Assembly: GCA_963823335.1 (NCBI GenBank)
Contig: CAWGLD010000008.1
Coordinates: forward strand, 64,001 to 128,000
Reading direction: 5' to 3'
Source of the DNA: an uncultured delta proteobacterium
GTDB taxonomy: Bacteria > Desulfobacterota > Desulfobacteria > Desulfobacterales > B30-G6
Length of the DNA stretch: 64,000 nt
Both the position numbers and the translations under genes were made by a program. Numbering within the stretch: the first letter of the stretch is position 1; every line of letters starts with the position of its first letter. Shown here piece by piece: positions 30,431 to 38,746 of the stretch. Below the pieces are notes generated by a model. The model was not told the origin of the DNA and did no database searches. It saw nothing but the letters and a program-made list of their open reading frames with translations.

Positions 30431-31990
30431 TTATGTCGGCCCCGTCCGGGAGTGCAGTTTGGCCCGTCTGGGGTGTTTTTCATGCTTGTTCTTCGTCATG
30501 GCCAGGGCTTCGATTATTTTTTTTCTGGTGTCTTTGGGCTCGATAATTTCATCCACCATCTGGGCGGACCAGCTCCTGGCCGTTTCGAAAACGTCGAGTT
30601 TCTCCCGGGACCGATTCAGATAGCCCTGGTAGGCATCTTCTTCGATACCTTTCCCATAAATCTCCCGGTAATCCAGGTTGCTTGCTTCCACCGCCATTCT
30701 GGCAGTTGGCCAGGCATAGGTCACATCGACCCCGATGCCCTTGACCATACCCATGACCATGCCACCGGTATCACCATAGGCTTCTCGAATGATGACACTG
30801 ATCTTGGGGATGGTGGCCGTAGCATAGGTATCCAGGATTTTTCCAAAGTGCCTCAATAAGCCCCTGCCTTCCTGATCTTCACCCGGAACCACCGGGGGCG
30901 TATCCGTCAGCGTCACCAGAGGGATGCTGTATGCATCCAGGGCTTGTAAAAACCGGTAATACTTATCACAGGCATCGATATCCAGAAGCGTTCCCGCCTG
31001 GGCTGGATTGCTGGCAACAATGCCGGCAACCTCGCCGTTAAATCGGCAGAAACAGGTGATGATCTGCCTGGCATAATTATCCTTGACCTCGTAATAGCTA
31101 CCGTCATCGACGATCTCCTGAATGACTGCGTGCATATCGTAGGCAATGTCGTACTCTTCCGGAACAAGCTGCATCAAGGCAGGGACCTCCCGGTCAACGT
31201 CGTCCCGGGTCACCACCACAGGGGGTTTTTCCCTGAAGTTTGATGGCAGATAGCTTAAAAGCTGCCTTGTTTTTGCTATTGTTTCTTTGTCATCGGCCCC
31301 GACGACATCACAGGTGCCGCTGTATTCCATGTGATAGTCGGCACCCCCCACATTGTCGGCAATCTTTTCCGATGTGGCGGCCTGGGTCATTCTCGGACCG
31401 CCGAGCCACAGATGGGCTGTTTCCCTGCTCATCAACAGAAAATCGCACAGTACCGGACAGTAGGCCTGGCCGGCGATACAGGGTCCCATGAGAACATTGA
31501 TCTGAGGTATCATTCCGGAGTATCGGGATTCAAGGGCAAACCACCAGTCGATACCGGCCATGGGAACATCCCGGTAGCCGAGTCTTCCACCGGAAGAATC
31601 GAGCAGCCATACCATGGGAATCTGCCAGGCTGCAGCCATTTCGAGCAGTTCGATAAATTTCGTGGCATGCTGACATCCCAGAGACCCGCCCAGAACCGTA
31701 AAATCGCTGGCATAAACCGTAATCAGTCTTCCATCGACCTTTCCTGTTCCGATGACGGCACCATCACAGGGCGCATCCGTCTCTCTGCCATCGATCCTGG
31801 CACCCGTAGTATTGACAAACGATCCGAGTTCACTGAATGTCCCCGGATCCAGCAGAAAGTCGATCCGCTCCCGGGCGGTCAATTTTCCTCTTCCATGCTG
31901 TCTGTCAATGTGCTTCTGACCGCCACCCTGCAGATTCTTTTCCCTGATCACCTGCAGCCGCTTGATGGCCGCATCCATTTTTTTGCCCAT
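30431..31990 (-). CDS. Acyl-CoA carboxylase carboxyltransferase subunit (paralogue 2)
   Basis: GKLTARERI, DFTVLGGS, GPCIAGQAY, DEIIEPKDTR. Confidence 0.9.
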   Translation of the reverse strand: MGKKMDAAIKRLQVIREKNLQGGGQKHIDRQHGRGKLTARERIDFLLDPGTFSELGSFVNTTGARIDGRETDAPCDGAVIGTGKVDGRLITVYASDFTVLGGSLGCQHATKFIELLEMAAAWQIPMVWLLDSSGGRLGYRDVPMAGIDWWFALESRYSGMIPQINVLMGPCIAGQAYCPVLCDFLLMSRETAHLWLGGPRMTQAATSEKIADNVGGADYHMEYSGTCDVVGADDKETIAKTRQLLSYLPSNFREKPPVVVTRDDVDREVPALMQLVPEEYDIAYDMHAVIQEIVDDGSYYEVKDNYARQIITCFCRFNGEVAGIVASNPAQAGTLLDIDACDKYYRFLQALDAYSIPLVTLTDTPPVVPGEDQEGRGLLRHFGKILDTYATATIPKISVIIREAYGDTGGMVMGMVKGIGVDVTYAWPTARMAVEASNLDYREIYGKGIEEDAYQGYLNRSREKLDVFETARSWSAQMVDEIIEPKDTRKKIIEALAMTKNKHEKHPRRAKLHSRTGPT

Positions 31991-32006
31991 AGTATGTCCT
32001 CAATGT

Positions 32007-32218
32007 TGCCCTGTGGACGTCACTTGCCCTGCGGGCTGTTATTAGCACTTCGTGCGTAATTTGTCCTTCGGACGTCATTAGCGCTTTGCGCGCCATTCTG
32101 CCCTGCGGGCGTAATTTTTCGACATTAGCGCTTCGCGCGTCATTTATTGCTGCCAATAGCTATTAGCCGTCAGCCACCCTCCAACCCTTTTATCACCCTT
32201 GTATCACCCTCGAACCCT
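32007..32218 (-). repeat. Composite repeat with mini-hairpin array (about 7 units)
   Basis: Array nearly identical to 37258-37355 in reverse complement; GGG module at 32174-32218. Confidence 0.88.
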
Positions 32219-32225
32219 GCTCCTA

Positions 32226-33776
32226 TCACGCTGGTTTAATCGCCCGCTTCTTCTCCGGCAGGTATTCCTTCTTGTTCTGAAGTAAAGTGATCGCTTTGAC
32301 AATCCGGGAACGGGTGTCCCGGGGATCGATCACTTCATGGGCCGTGTAATAGGTCGTCCATTGCTTGGCCAGATTCATGACAGAAAACTCTTCCTTGAGG
32401 ATGCTGAGCAAAAAGTTATAGACTTCGTCGTAATTGCCCGCCTCCTTTGCCTTGGCAAGCTCCTTGTGAAATATCGCGTGAACGACCGTTTCCGGTCCAG
32501 TGGGCGCGAACTCGACCGTAGGCCATGCATAGACATAGTCAGGAAACATTTTCGAACACCCCAGAACGATGTTTGCCCCACCGTAAGACCGCCTCAATAC
32601 CATGGTCACTTTCGGACATGTCAGGTGGGCATAGGAATGGAGCAGTTTGGCACCATGCCGGATAATCCCCAGCCTTTCCCACCTGTCTCCCGGTGGAAAT
32701 GCCGTGGTGTCCACCAGGGTTACCAGAGGTATGTTGAAAGCATCCAGAAAACGCATAAAACGGTCGTATTTGTCGGACGAATCCGGTTCGAGAATCCCGC
32801 TCAATTCATCCGGGTTGTTGGCGACGACACCGGCAACGCGGCCACCGAAACGGCAGAAGCCCACCACGAGATGCGTTGCAAAATCTTCCTTTAATTCAAG
32901 GAATTCACCATTGTCGACGATCTTATCGATAACCTCATGAATATCATAGGTAAACTTCGGGTTGTCGGGCATAATATCCAGCAAGGCATCTTCCCTCCTC
33001 AGTGGGTCGTCACCTGTTTCAAGAAAGTCGGGTCCTTTCCAGCAGTTTTGCGGCAGATACGTCAGCAGCATCTTCATCTTTTCGATGGCATCCACATCAC
33101 TCTCGGCAAGCATGTCACACTGGCCCGATTTTTCCATATGAAACACCGCATCCCCGGCATCGTCCGACGACATGTCACCCCCGAGCCACATAAACCCGGT
33201 GGCCTGATTGATGATCACAAAATCCGACAACCCGGGCACCAAAGACAATACCCCGGTGCAGGGCCCCAGCAACAACGTGATCCTCGGAATAATGCCCGAG
33301 TATAGACAGTAATTTCTTAAAAACCGTGCCAGCCCGTTCATTCCGGCATCGCCGCCTTTGAAACTGAGACGCTCTCCCGCCGAGTCTATGACACCGATCA
33401 GGGGTATACCTCTTTCCCCGGCCATGGCGGTGATGTCGGCCATTTTCCAGGCTGTCTGGTTTCCCAGGGACCCCGACATGACACTGAAATCCATCACATA
33501 CAACGCCACAGGGCGACCATTGATTTCTCCAAACCCCATCACCACGCCGTCTGAGGGATCGGGTCTCTTTTTGCCGTCCAGTGACGGTCGGATATCGGTG
33601 ACGATGGAACCGATTTCTTCAAAGCTTCCTTCATCGAGAATGTGCGCAATCCGCTCCCTGGCGGTCAGCTTGCCCAACTCGTGGATGAGGTCAATACGGT
33701 CCTGGCCGCCACCGATTCGGTTCTTTTCCCGGACCCTGGAAAGTCGCTGCATGTATCCATCGATCCATTCACCCAT
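32226..33776 (-). CDS. Acyl-CoA carboxylase carboxyltransferase subunit (paralogue 1)
   Basis: GKLTARERI, DFSVMSGS, GIIRHGAKLL, RRSYGGA, VIDPRDTR. Confidence 0.9.
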   Translation of the reverse strand: MGEWIDGYMQRLSRVREKNRIGGGQDRIDLIHELGKLTARERIAHILDEGSFEEIGSIVTDIRPSLDGKKRPDPSDGVVMGFGEINGRPVALYVMDFSVMSGSLGNQTAWKMADITAMAGERGIPLIGVIDSAGERLSFKGGDAGMNGLARFLRNYCLYSGIIPRITLLLGPCTGVLSLVPGLSDFVIINQATGFMWLGGDMSSDDAGDAVFHMEKSGQCDMLAESDVDAIEKMKMLLTYLPQNCWKGPDFLETGDDPLRREDALLDIMPDNPKFTYDIHEVIDKIVDNGEFLELKEDFATHLVVGFCRFGGRVAGVVANNPDELSGILEPDSSDKYDRFMRFLDAFNIPLVTLVDTTAFPPGDRWERLGIIRHGAKLLHSYAHLTCPKVTMVLRRSYGGANIVLGCSKMFPDYVYAWPTVEFAPTGPETVVHAIFHKELAKAKEAGNYDEVYNFLLSILKEEFSVMNLAKQWTTYYTAHEVIDPRDTRSRIVKAITLLQNKKEYLPEKKRAIKPA

Positions 33777-33877
33777 TATTTCTTCTCCTCAACAATTCCA
33801 ATGGAGCATTTATAACCCATTAGTATTTATTATACATATAACGGGTCAGGTTGTTTAGGCTGTTAGCGCCTAATAGT

Positions 33878-34519
33878 CTAACCGTCTATGGCCTCGGGTC
33901 TAATGCCATTGAAAATAATCTCGCAAATATCTTCTGTGAGAGCATCCGGGTCGACAGCCCGATCAAACGTGATACCGGTCAGACACACCTGCTCGATACT
34001 TCCCAGGATAATCTGCCGGATAAGCTTGACGGGTATATCGTCCCGTATTTCTCCGTTCGATACGCCTTCTTCCAATATTTCCAGGATCACACCACTGTAC
34101 ACCTTGACGAGTTCATAGGTATCACTGTGGTAATAATCGTTGTGACTTCTCGCTTCGATGAGCAGTATCTTGGCAAAAACCCGACTCGTGGCATATACAT
34201 TGATGTGAGACCAGATGAGTTTTCTCAGTTTGTTCAGGGCCCCCTTGATGCCTTTCAGATCGCCTTGAACCAGAACACAGTATTGTTCCAGGTATTCGCT
34301 CAACACCTGATGCAACAGGTCCCGCTTGTCTTTAAAATACTTGTATATCAGTGCTTCCGTGACACCGGCCTGTCTTGAAATTTCGGCAGTCGTTATGGCG
34401 TTGAACTCCTTTTGCTCGAGAAGATGCCTCAAGGCATCCGCTATCTTGACCCTCCCCGGTGGGAAAGGCTTTGATTTCAGACCGGGTCCCAATGCCTTCA
34501 ATTTGTCTGCCATATCCAT
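33878..34519 (-). CDS. TetR/AcrR family transcriptional regulator
   Basis: HTH TTAEISRQAGVTEALIYKYFKDK; TAATG coupling to the upstream dehydrogenase. Confidence 0.9.
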   Translation of the reverse strand: MDMADKLKALGPGLKSKPFPPGRVKIADALRHLLEQKEFNAITTAEISRQAGVTEALIYKYFKDKRDLLHQVLSEYLEQYCVLVQGDLKGIKGALNKLRKLIWSHINVYATSRVFAKILLIEARSHNDYYHSDTYELVKVYSGVILEILEEGVSNGEIRDDIPVKLIRQIILGSIEQVCLTGITFDRAVDPDALTEDICEIIFNGIRPEAIDG

Positions 34520-35691
34520 TAAGCAAAATTCTCTATCTTGGCAATCACACCCCGCAAAACTTCGTCTGCGCCGCCACCAATTGAAAGACCGCGGGCATCT
34601 CTGTAGTATCGGGAAACAATCGATTCCTTCATATATCCCATACCGCCGTGCATCTGGAGACATCCATCGGCCACCTTGTTCAGAAGCCGGCCCGCGATAA
34701 GTTTTCCCATTGAAATCTCCCGGGTAGCGTCCAGGCCGGCTTGTTTCATGCGAACCATGTGATAGATAAACTGTTTGAGACTTTCAATTTCGGTTGCCCA
34801 GTCGGCCAGGTGGTGCTGGAGCACCTGCCTCCTGATCAAAGGTTTCCCGAAAACGACCCGATCGCGGATATATGCAACTGTCAGATCGATGATATCTCTG
34901 GCAGCCGTACAAGCAAACGGCAGCAGTGAAAACCTTTCATGCTGAAACTGCTGCATCTGATAGATAAAGCCCTCACCTTCCCTGCCGATCAGGTGATCGG
35001 CCGGCACCTTGACCTGGTCAAAATACAATTCGGCCGTGTCGCTGATCCAAACACCGAGTTTCTCCAGCTTTCTGCTCACCCCCACACCAGGCAAGTCCGC
35101 CGGAACAACAAAAAGACTGAAGGAGTGGTAGCCGGGGTCCTCACTCGTTCTGGCAAGGAGGGTATAAAAGTCGGCCTGGGTCCCATTGGTGATATACATT
35201 TTTGAACCGTTGATCACATAATGGTCGCCCATTCTTTCGGCCGTCGTGGCAAGTGCCGCCACATCCGACCCTGCACCCGCTTCCGTCACCGCGATAGCAC
35301 CCACCTTCTTCCCCTCGATGGCGCTTTTCAAATAGGTCTGCTTGAGGAATTCGCTCCCGAACTCATCGATGGCAGGTGTGGCCATGTTCGTCTGAACCGT
35401 GATGGCCACGGCCAGGCCCAAGGCCTTGATATGCCCGAGTTCCTCGAGAAATACTGTCTCGTACCAGTAATCAAGACCCTGACCGCCGTATTTTGGATCG
35501 TACCGAATACCGAGAAAACCGAGCTTGCCCATCTTCTTGAAAAGTTTCTTCAGGGGCGCGATACCAGCTTCCTCCCATTCGTCCACATAGGGATTGATTT
35601 CCTTATTTACAAAGTCGCGTACCGCGCGCCTGACCATTTCATGGTCCTTTGTGAAATAGAGCTGTTCGGATGTTTTGATGGTTTTCCCCAT
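34519..35691 (-). CDS. Acyl-CoA dehydrogenase (resembles citronellyl-CoA dehydrogenase AtuD / long-chain ACADs)
   Basis: AVTEAGAGSDVA, INGSKMYITNG, QMQQFQHER, QMHGGMGY, IGGGADE. Confidence 0.9.
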   Translation of the reverse strand: MGKTIKTSEQLYFTKDHEMVRRAVRDFVNKEINPYVDEWEEAGIAPLKKLFKKMGKLGFLGIRYDPKYGGQGLDYWYETVFLEELGHIKALGLAVAITVQTNMATPAIDEFGSEFLKQTYLKSAIEGKKVGAIAVTEAGAGSDVAALATTAERMGDHYVINGSKMYITNGTQADFYTLLARTSEDPGYHSFSLFVVPADLPGVGVSRKLEKLGVWISDTAELYFDQVKVPADHLIGREGEGFIYQMQQFQHERFSLLPFACTAARDIIDLTVAYIRDRVVFGKPLIRRQVLQHHLADWATEIESLKQFIYHMVRMKQAGLDATREISMGKLIAGRLLNKVADGCLQMHGGMGYMKESIVSRYYRDARGLSIGGGADEVLRGVIAKIENFA

Positions 35692-35790
35692 GGAAGAACT
35701 CCTCAATCCTGTTTTCAAGATAGTTAGTAATATTAACCTATAGGAAGTATAAAATAGACTTATTCACAATAAATCAGCAGATTAAATCAA

Positions 35791-35819
35791 TAAGTAAACG
35801 TCACTAATCTTTTTGTCAA
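35791..35819 (-). promoter_or_regulatory. Putative promoter and TetR-type operator of the acyl-CoA cluster
   Basis: Perfect TTGACA on the minus strand (35819-35814) followed by the imperfect palindrome TTAGTGACGTTTACTTA; -10 not clear. Confidence 0.4.
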
Positions 35820-35892
35820 GTTGTTTTTAGGGTTGATGATTTCCCTCTCGATCGTTTTTAAGAATACCATCATAAGTGGTTTGTGATATATA

Positions 35893-36148
35893 GGGTTTGT
35901 TGAGTTTATTGAGTTGATTGGGTTGATGAAACAGAAAACGCTTCGCTGTCATTTGCTGCGTGTCATCTATATGTGGCTATCAGCTATCGGCGACAATAAA
36001 TGACGCGCGAAGCGCTAATGTCGCACGAAGTGCGAATGACGTCCAAAGGGCAAATTACGCCCGCAGGGCAGAATGTCGCACGAAGTGCGAATGACGTCCA
36101 AAGGACAAATTACGCCCGCAGGGCAAAATGACGCCCGAAAGGGCAAAT
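35893..36148 (+). repeat. Composite repeat with leader and 8-unit mini-hairpin array
   Basis: TTGAGTT nonamers, CTTCGCTGTCATTTG leader, units AATKWC-stem-GNA-stem at 35999-36145; internal ~55-bp duplication. Confidence 0.9.
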
Positions 36149-36154
36149 AATCCC

Positions 36155-36787
36155 ATGGAAACAAACCCCAACCAGATAATCGGTATCATGGCTGACAGTC
36201 ACGGCCAACCTGAAAGTATCGCCAATGCCCTGACCTTATTCAAGGAATACGGTTGTGACGCCATTTATCACCTGGGTGATATCTGTGATTCGGCACATCC
36301 GGAAACTGCCGACCACTGCGTAAACCTGCTGCGCAAAAACAACGTGTTGGGTATAAAAGGAAACAACGACCATCAGGTGGTGGTCAACCATGAGGGTCGT
36401 CGACAAACGGCCCTGGCGTCGACAACCATCGAATACCTCAAGCAACTCCCCATGACCATCGAACACGGGAATGTTGTCATGGCGCATTCCCTGCCCTTTA
36501 TTAAAGAAAGGGGGCTATCCAGCATGGTGGGCGTTCTGGGGCCCGGCGAAGCCAGGTTGTTTTTTCAGAGCTATCCCCAGCAAGTCTTGTTCCGGGGGCA
36601 CAGCCATTACCCGGAGGTCCTGCGGCAACAGGCGCACACCTTGGAAACCGACAAGGTATTACCGGAAAAAAGCATACCGTTGGCTGATATAACGCCCTGC
36701 ATCATCACCTGTGGCGCTCTGGACCAGGGCTTTCTGATGACCTGGGAACCGGACAGGCAAATACTTACAAGCCATATACTAACTTAG
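36155..36787 (+). CDS. Calcineurin-like metallophosphoesterase
   Basis: DSHG, GD..D, GNND, GHSH. Confidence 0.88.
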   Translation: METNPNQIIGIMADSHGQPESIANALTLFKEYGCDAIYHLGDICDSAHPETADHCVNLLRKNNVLGIKGNNDHQVVVNHEGRRQTALASTTIEYLKQLPMTIEHGNVVMAHSLPFIKERGLSSMVGVLGPGEARLFFQSYPQQVLFRGHSHYPEVLRQQAHTLETDKVLPEKSIPLADITPCIITCGALDQGFLMTWEPDRQILTSHILT

Positions 36788-36796
36788 AGCCGAAAA

Positions 36797-36861
36797 CTAT
36801 AAGCAGTAAGCCATAAGCTTGCTAAGCGCTTAAAGCTTATCGCTTACAGCTTACAGCTATA
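36797..36861. repeat. Palindromic heptamer array (TAAGC..)n(GCTTA..)n
   Basis: CTATAAGCAGTAAGCCATAAGCTTGCTAAGCGCTTAAAGCTTATCGCTTACAGCTTACAG; relatives at 20080-20125 and 29768-29810. Confidence 0.75.
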
Positions 36862-36946
36862 GAAAAATTGTCTTATTGTATTTTAACTCATTCGTGCTAA
36901 AATAACCGCATTCTACAGGCACATGTTGAACCGACCGGAGACTGCC

Positions 36947-37198
36947 ATGGATAAGCACACATTGGATCGCTTGCCACATTTTCTTGATGTCCTGGGGCTT
37001 GATGAAGCCCCCATGGGTATCTTCTACACCGACACGAAAACCAAGGATGGTTTTTCACCCAAGCCCAACGATTTACCCACTCGGGAAAAGGAGATGCTGC
37101 AACGCTTTGACGCCTCTTTTCTGAAGACAAAGACCTGGTCCACGGTACAGAAAAAAATCGCCCGCAGCCAAAAAGCATGGGGGGAAGTTGAGGGTTGA
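36947..37198 (+). pseudogene. DUF169-like gene with a large in-frame internal deletion
   Basis: Only 83 aa: N-terminal LGLDEAPMGIFYTD..FSPKP joined directly to a C-terminal-like MLQRFDASFLKTKTW..KKIARSQKAWGE (family recalled from memory). Confidence 0.55.
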
Positions 37199-37373
37199 AG
37201 GGTGATACAAGGGTGATAGGAGGGTTGGAGGGTAACTGACAGCTGATGGCGACAATAAATTACGCCCGCAGGGCAGAATGACGCGCAAAGCGCTAATGAC
37301 GTCCGAAGGACAAATTACGCACGAAGTGCTAATAACAACCCGCAGGGCAAGTGACACACGGAATGTAAATGAC
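37190..37373 (+). repeat. Composite repeat (GGG module plus 5-6-unit mini-hairpin array)
   Basis: GGGTGATACAAGGGTGATAGGAGGGTTGGAGGG, then CAATAAAT and hairpin units. Confidence 0.88.
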
Positions 37374-37404
37374 TGCCACATCAAAAAGGGATACTATCCG
37401 GATC

Positions 37405-37908
37405 ATGAAGGAGGTTAAATTCTCAAACCTCTGGATCAAAAAATCAGGCTGTTTCTGGGCAGGCTGTCTGGCTGTGATTATCTTTTTTGGCAGCCTGCCC
37501 TCAACAACCCAGGCCTGTCCCTATGACCTGCCTGCGGCAGTCATCTCCATCAAAGGCCAGGATCTATTTGTCGAACTTGCATTTACACCCGACGCAAGGT
37601 CATGTGGTTTGTCAAATCGTTATGCCCTTGGGGAAACCAATGGCATGCTGTTTCTGTTTCCAGAGTCCGGCAAGCGGACATTCTGGATGAAAAATACGCA
37701 CATTCCCCTGTCTATCGCGTTTATGGATGATGCAGGCAACATCGTTAATATACATCAAATGGAACCTGACCAGACTAGCACCACCTACCATTCTTTTCAA
37801 TCTGTCAGATATGCCCTCGAAGTCAATCAGGGCTGGTTCACATTGCACGGCATCAGAACCGGTGACAGGGTGGAAATGGCATTACCGGCAGTCTTGAATA
37901 TTCAATGA
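37405..37908 (+). CDS. DUF192 family protein
   Basis: VELA.TP..R..GL, GMLFLF, FWMKNTHIPLSIAF, YALEVNQGWF. Confidence 0.9.
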   Translation: MKEVKFSNLWIKKSGCFWAGCLAVIIFFGSLPSTTQACPYDLPAAVISIKGQDLFVELAFTPDARSCGLSNRYALGETNGMLFLFPESGKRTFWMKNTHIPLSIAFMDDAGNIVNIHQMEPDQTSTTYHSFQSVRYALEVNQGWFTLHGIRTGDRVEMALPAVLNIQ

Positions 37909-38010
37909 AGTCGCTGCCGAAGAAAATCAGGGAGCCATTGAAGCCGGTATTGGAAAAGTATACCAGTCCTGCGGGCTCTGTCATAAGCGATACCGGGGAA
38001 AATTCTAACA

Positions 38011-38157
38011 TAGAAGCCATCTCAAAAGTAGGATTTTGGTTCAAAGTCAAGGCGGGATCAAGTTTTAACCCGCAGGAATACTAATGTATTTTGAGGAGTT
38101 AAAACGGGAGCCCAACGCAGAATTTGGGCCAAAAGACATTTTTGAGATAGCTTCATA
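38011..38157. mobile_element. MITE-like element (~147 bp) with long imperfect terminal inverted repeats
   Basis: Left GAAGCCATCTCAAAAGTAGGATTTTGGTTCAAA versus reverse complement of right GAAGCTATCTCAAAAATGTCTTTTGGCCCAAA; TA at both ends; no ORF. Confidence 0.65.
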
Positions 38158-38179
38158 ATTGGATCTGATGAGGGCCTTT

Positions 38180-38707
38180 ATGAAAAAACGGACAAAAGAC
38201 AACATTTTGGCAGCCTTTATAGGTGAGGCCAAAGCTTATTTCAGGCTACTGGCGTATGCCGAAAAAGCCGATGAAGAGGAGATACCCCAGATTGCGTTGC
38301 TTTTTCGCGCCATAGCCGAAGCGGAAAGGGTTCACGCCACGCGCCATTTAAACCTGGTAAGGGATATTCTGGTCAAAGATACCGACACGAACCTGATGAA
38401 ATCTTTTCAGCGTGAAAAATCCGTCACTGAAAATGCATATCCTGATCTGATAAAAGACGCCGAAGAGGACGGGGAACAGACAGCTGCCCTGACCTTCAGT
38501 CAGGCCAGGGACGCCGAAGGTTTCCATCTCAAACTGTATGAACGGGCCATCTATCAGGTCATCAAGAATGAGGTCAAAGCCTACCACGTCTGCCAGGTCT
38601 GCGGTTATGTGACGGACAAAAAAATTCCGGACAAATGTCCGGTCTGCGGCGCACCCAGAGAGAAATTCAAGACCGTCAACGGTCAGAATGAGTATATTGG
38701 TGCTTGA
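38180..38707 (+). CDS. Rubrerythrin family protein
   Basis: AFIGE, AEAERVHA, AEGFH, C-terminal CQVCGY..CPVC. Confidence 0.92.
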   Translation: MKKRTKDNILAAFIGEAKAYFRLLAYAEKADEEEIPQIALLFRAIAEAERVHATRHLNLVRDILVKDTDTNLMKSFQREKSVTENAYPDLIKDAEEDGEQTAALTFSQARDAEGFHLKLYERAIYQVIKNEVKAYHVCQVCGYVTDKKIPDKCPVCGAPREKFKTVNGQNEYIGA

Positions 38708-38746
38708 ACTACGCAGTTGAGATGCTATGGAGCAAAAAAAGACGGC

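Noticed and set aside
35940-36148. Leader plus repeat array as a CRISPR or guide-RNA (TIGR-like) array
   Set aside because: The period is only about 18 nt, the variable part is a small reused set of self-complementary stems rather than unique spacers, and no cas or Nop-domain gene is in the window.
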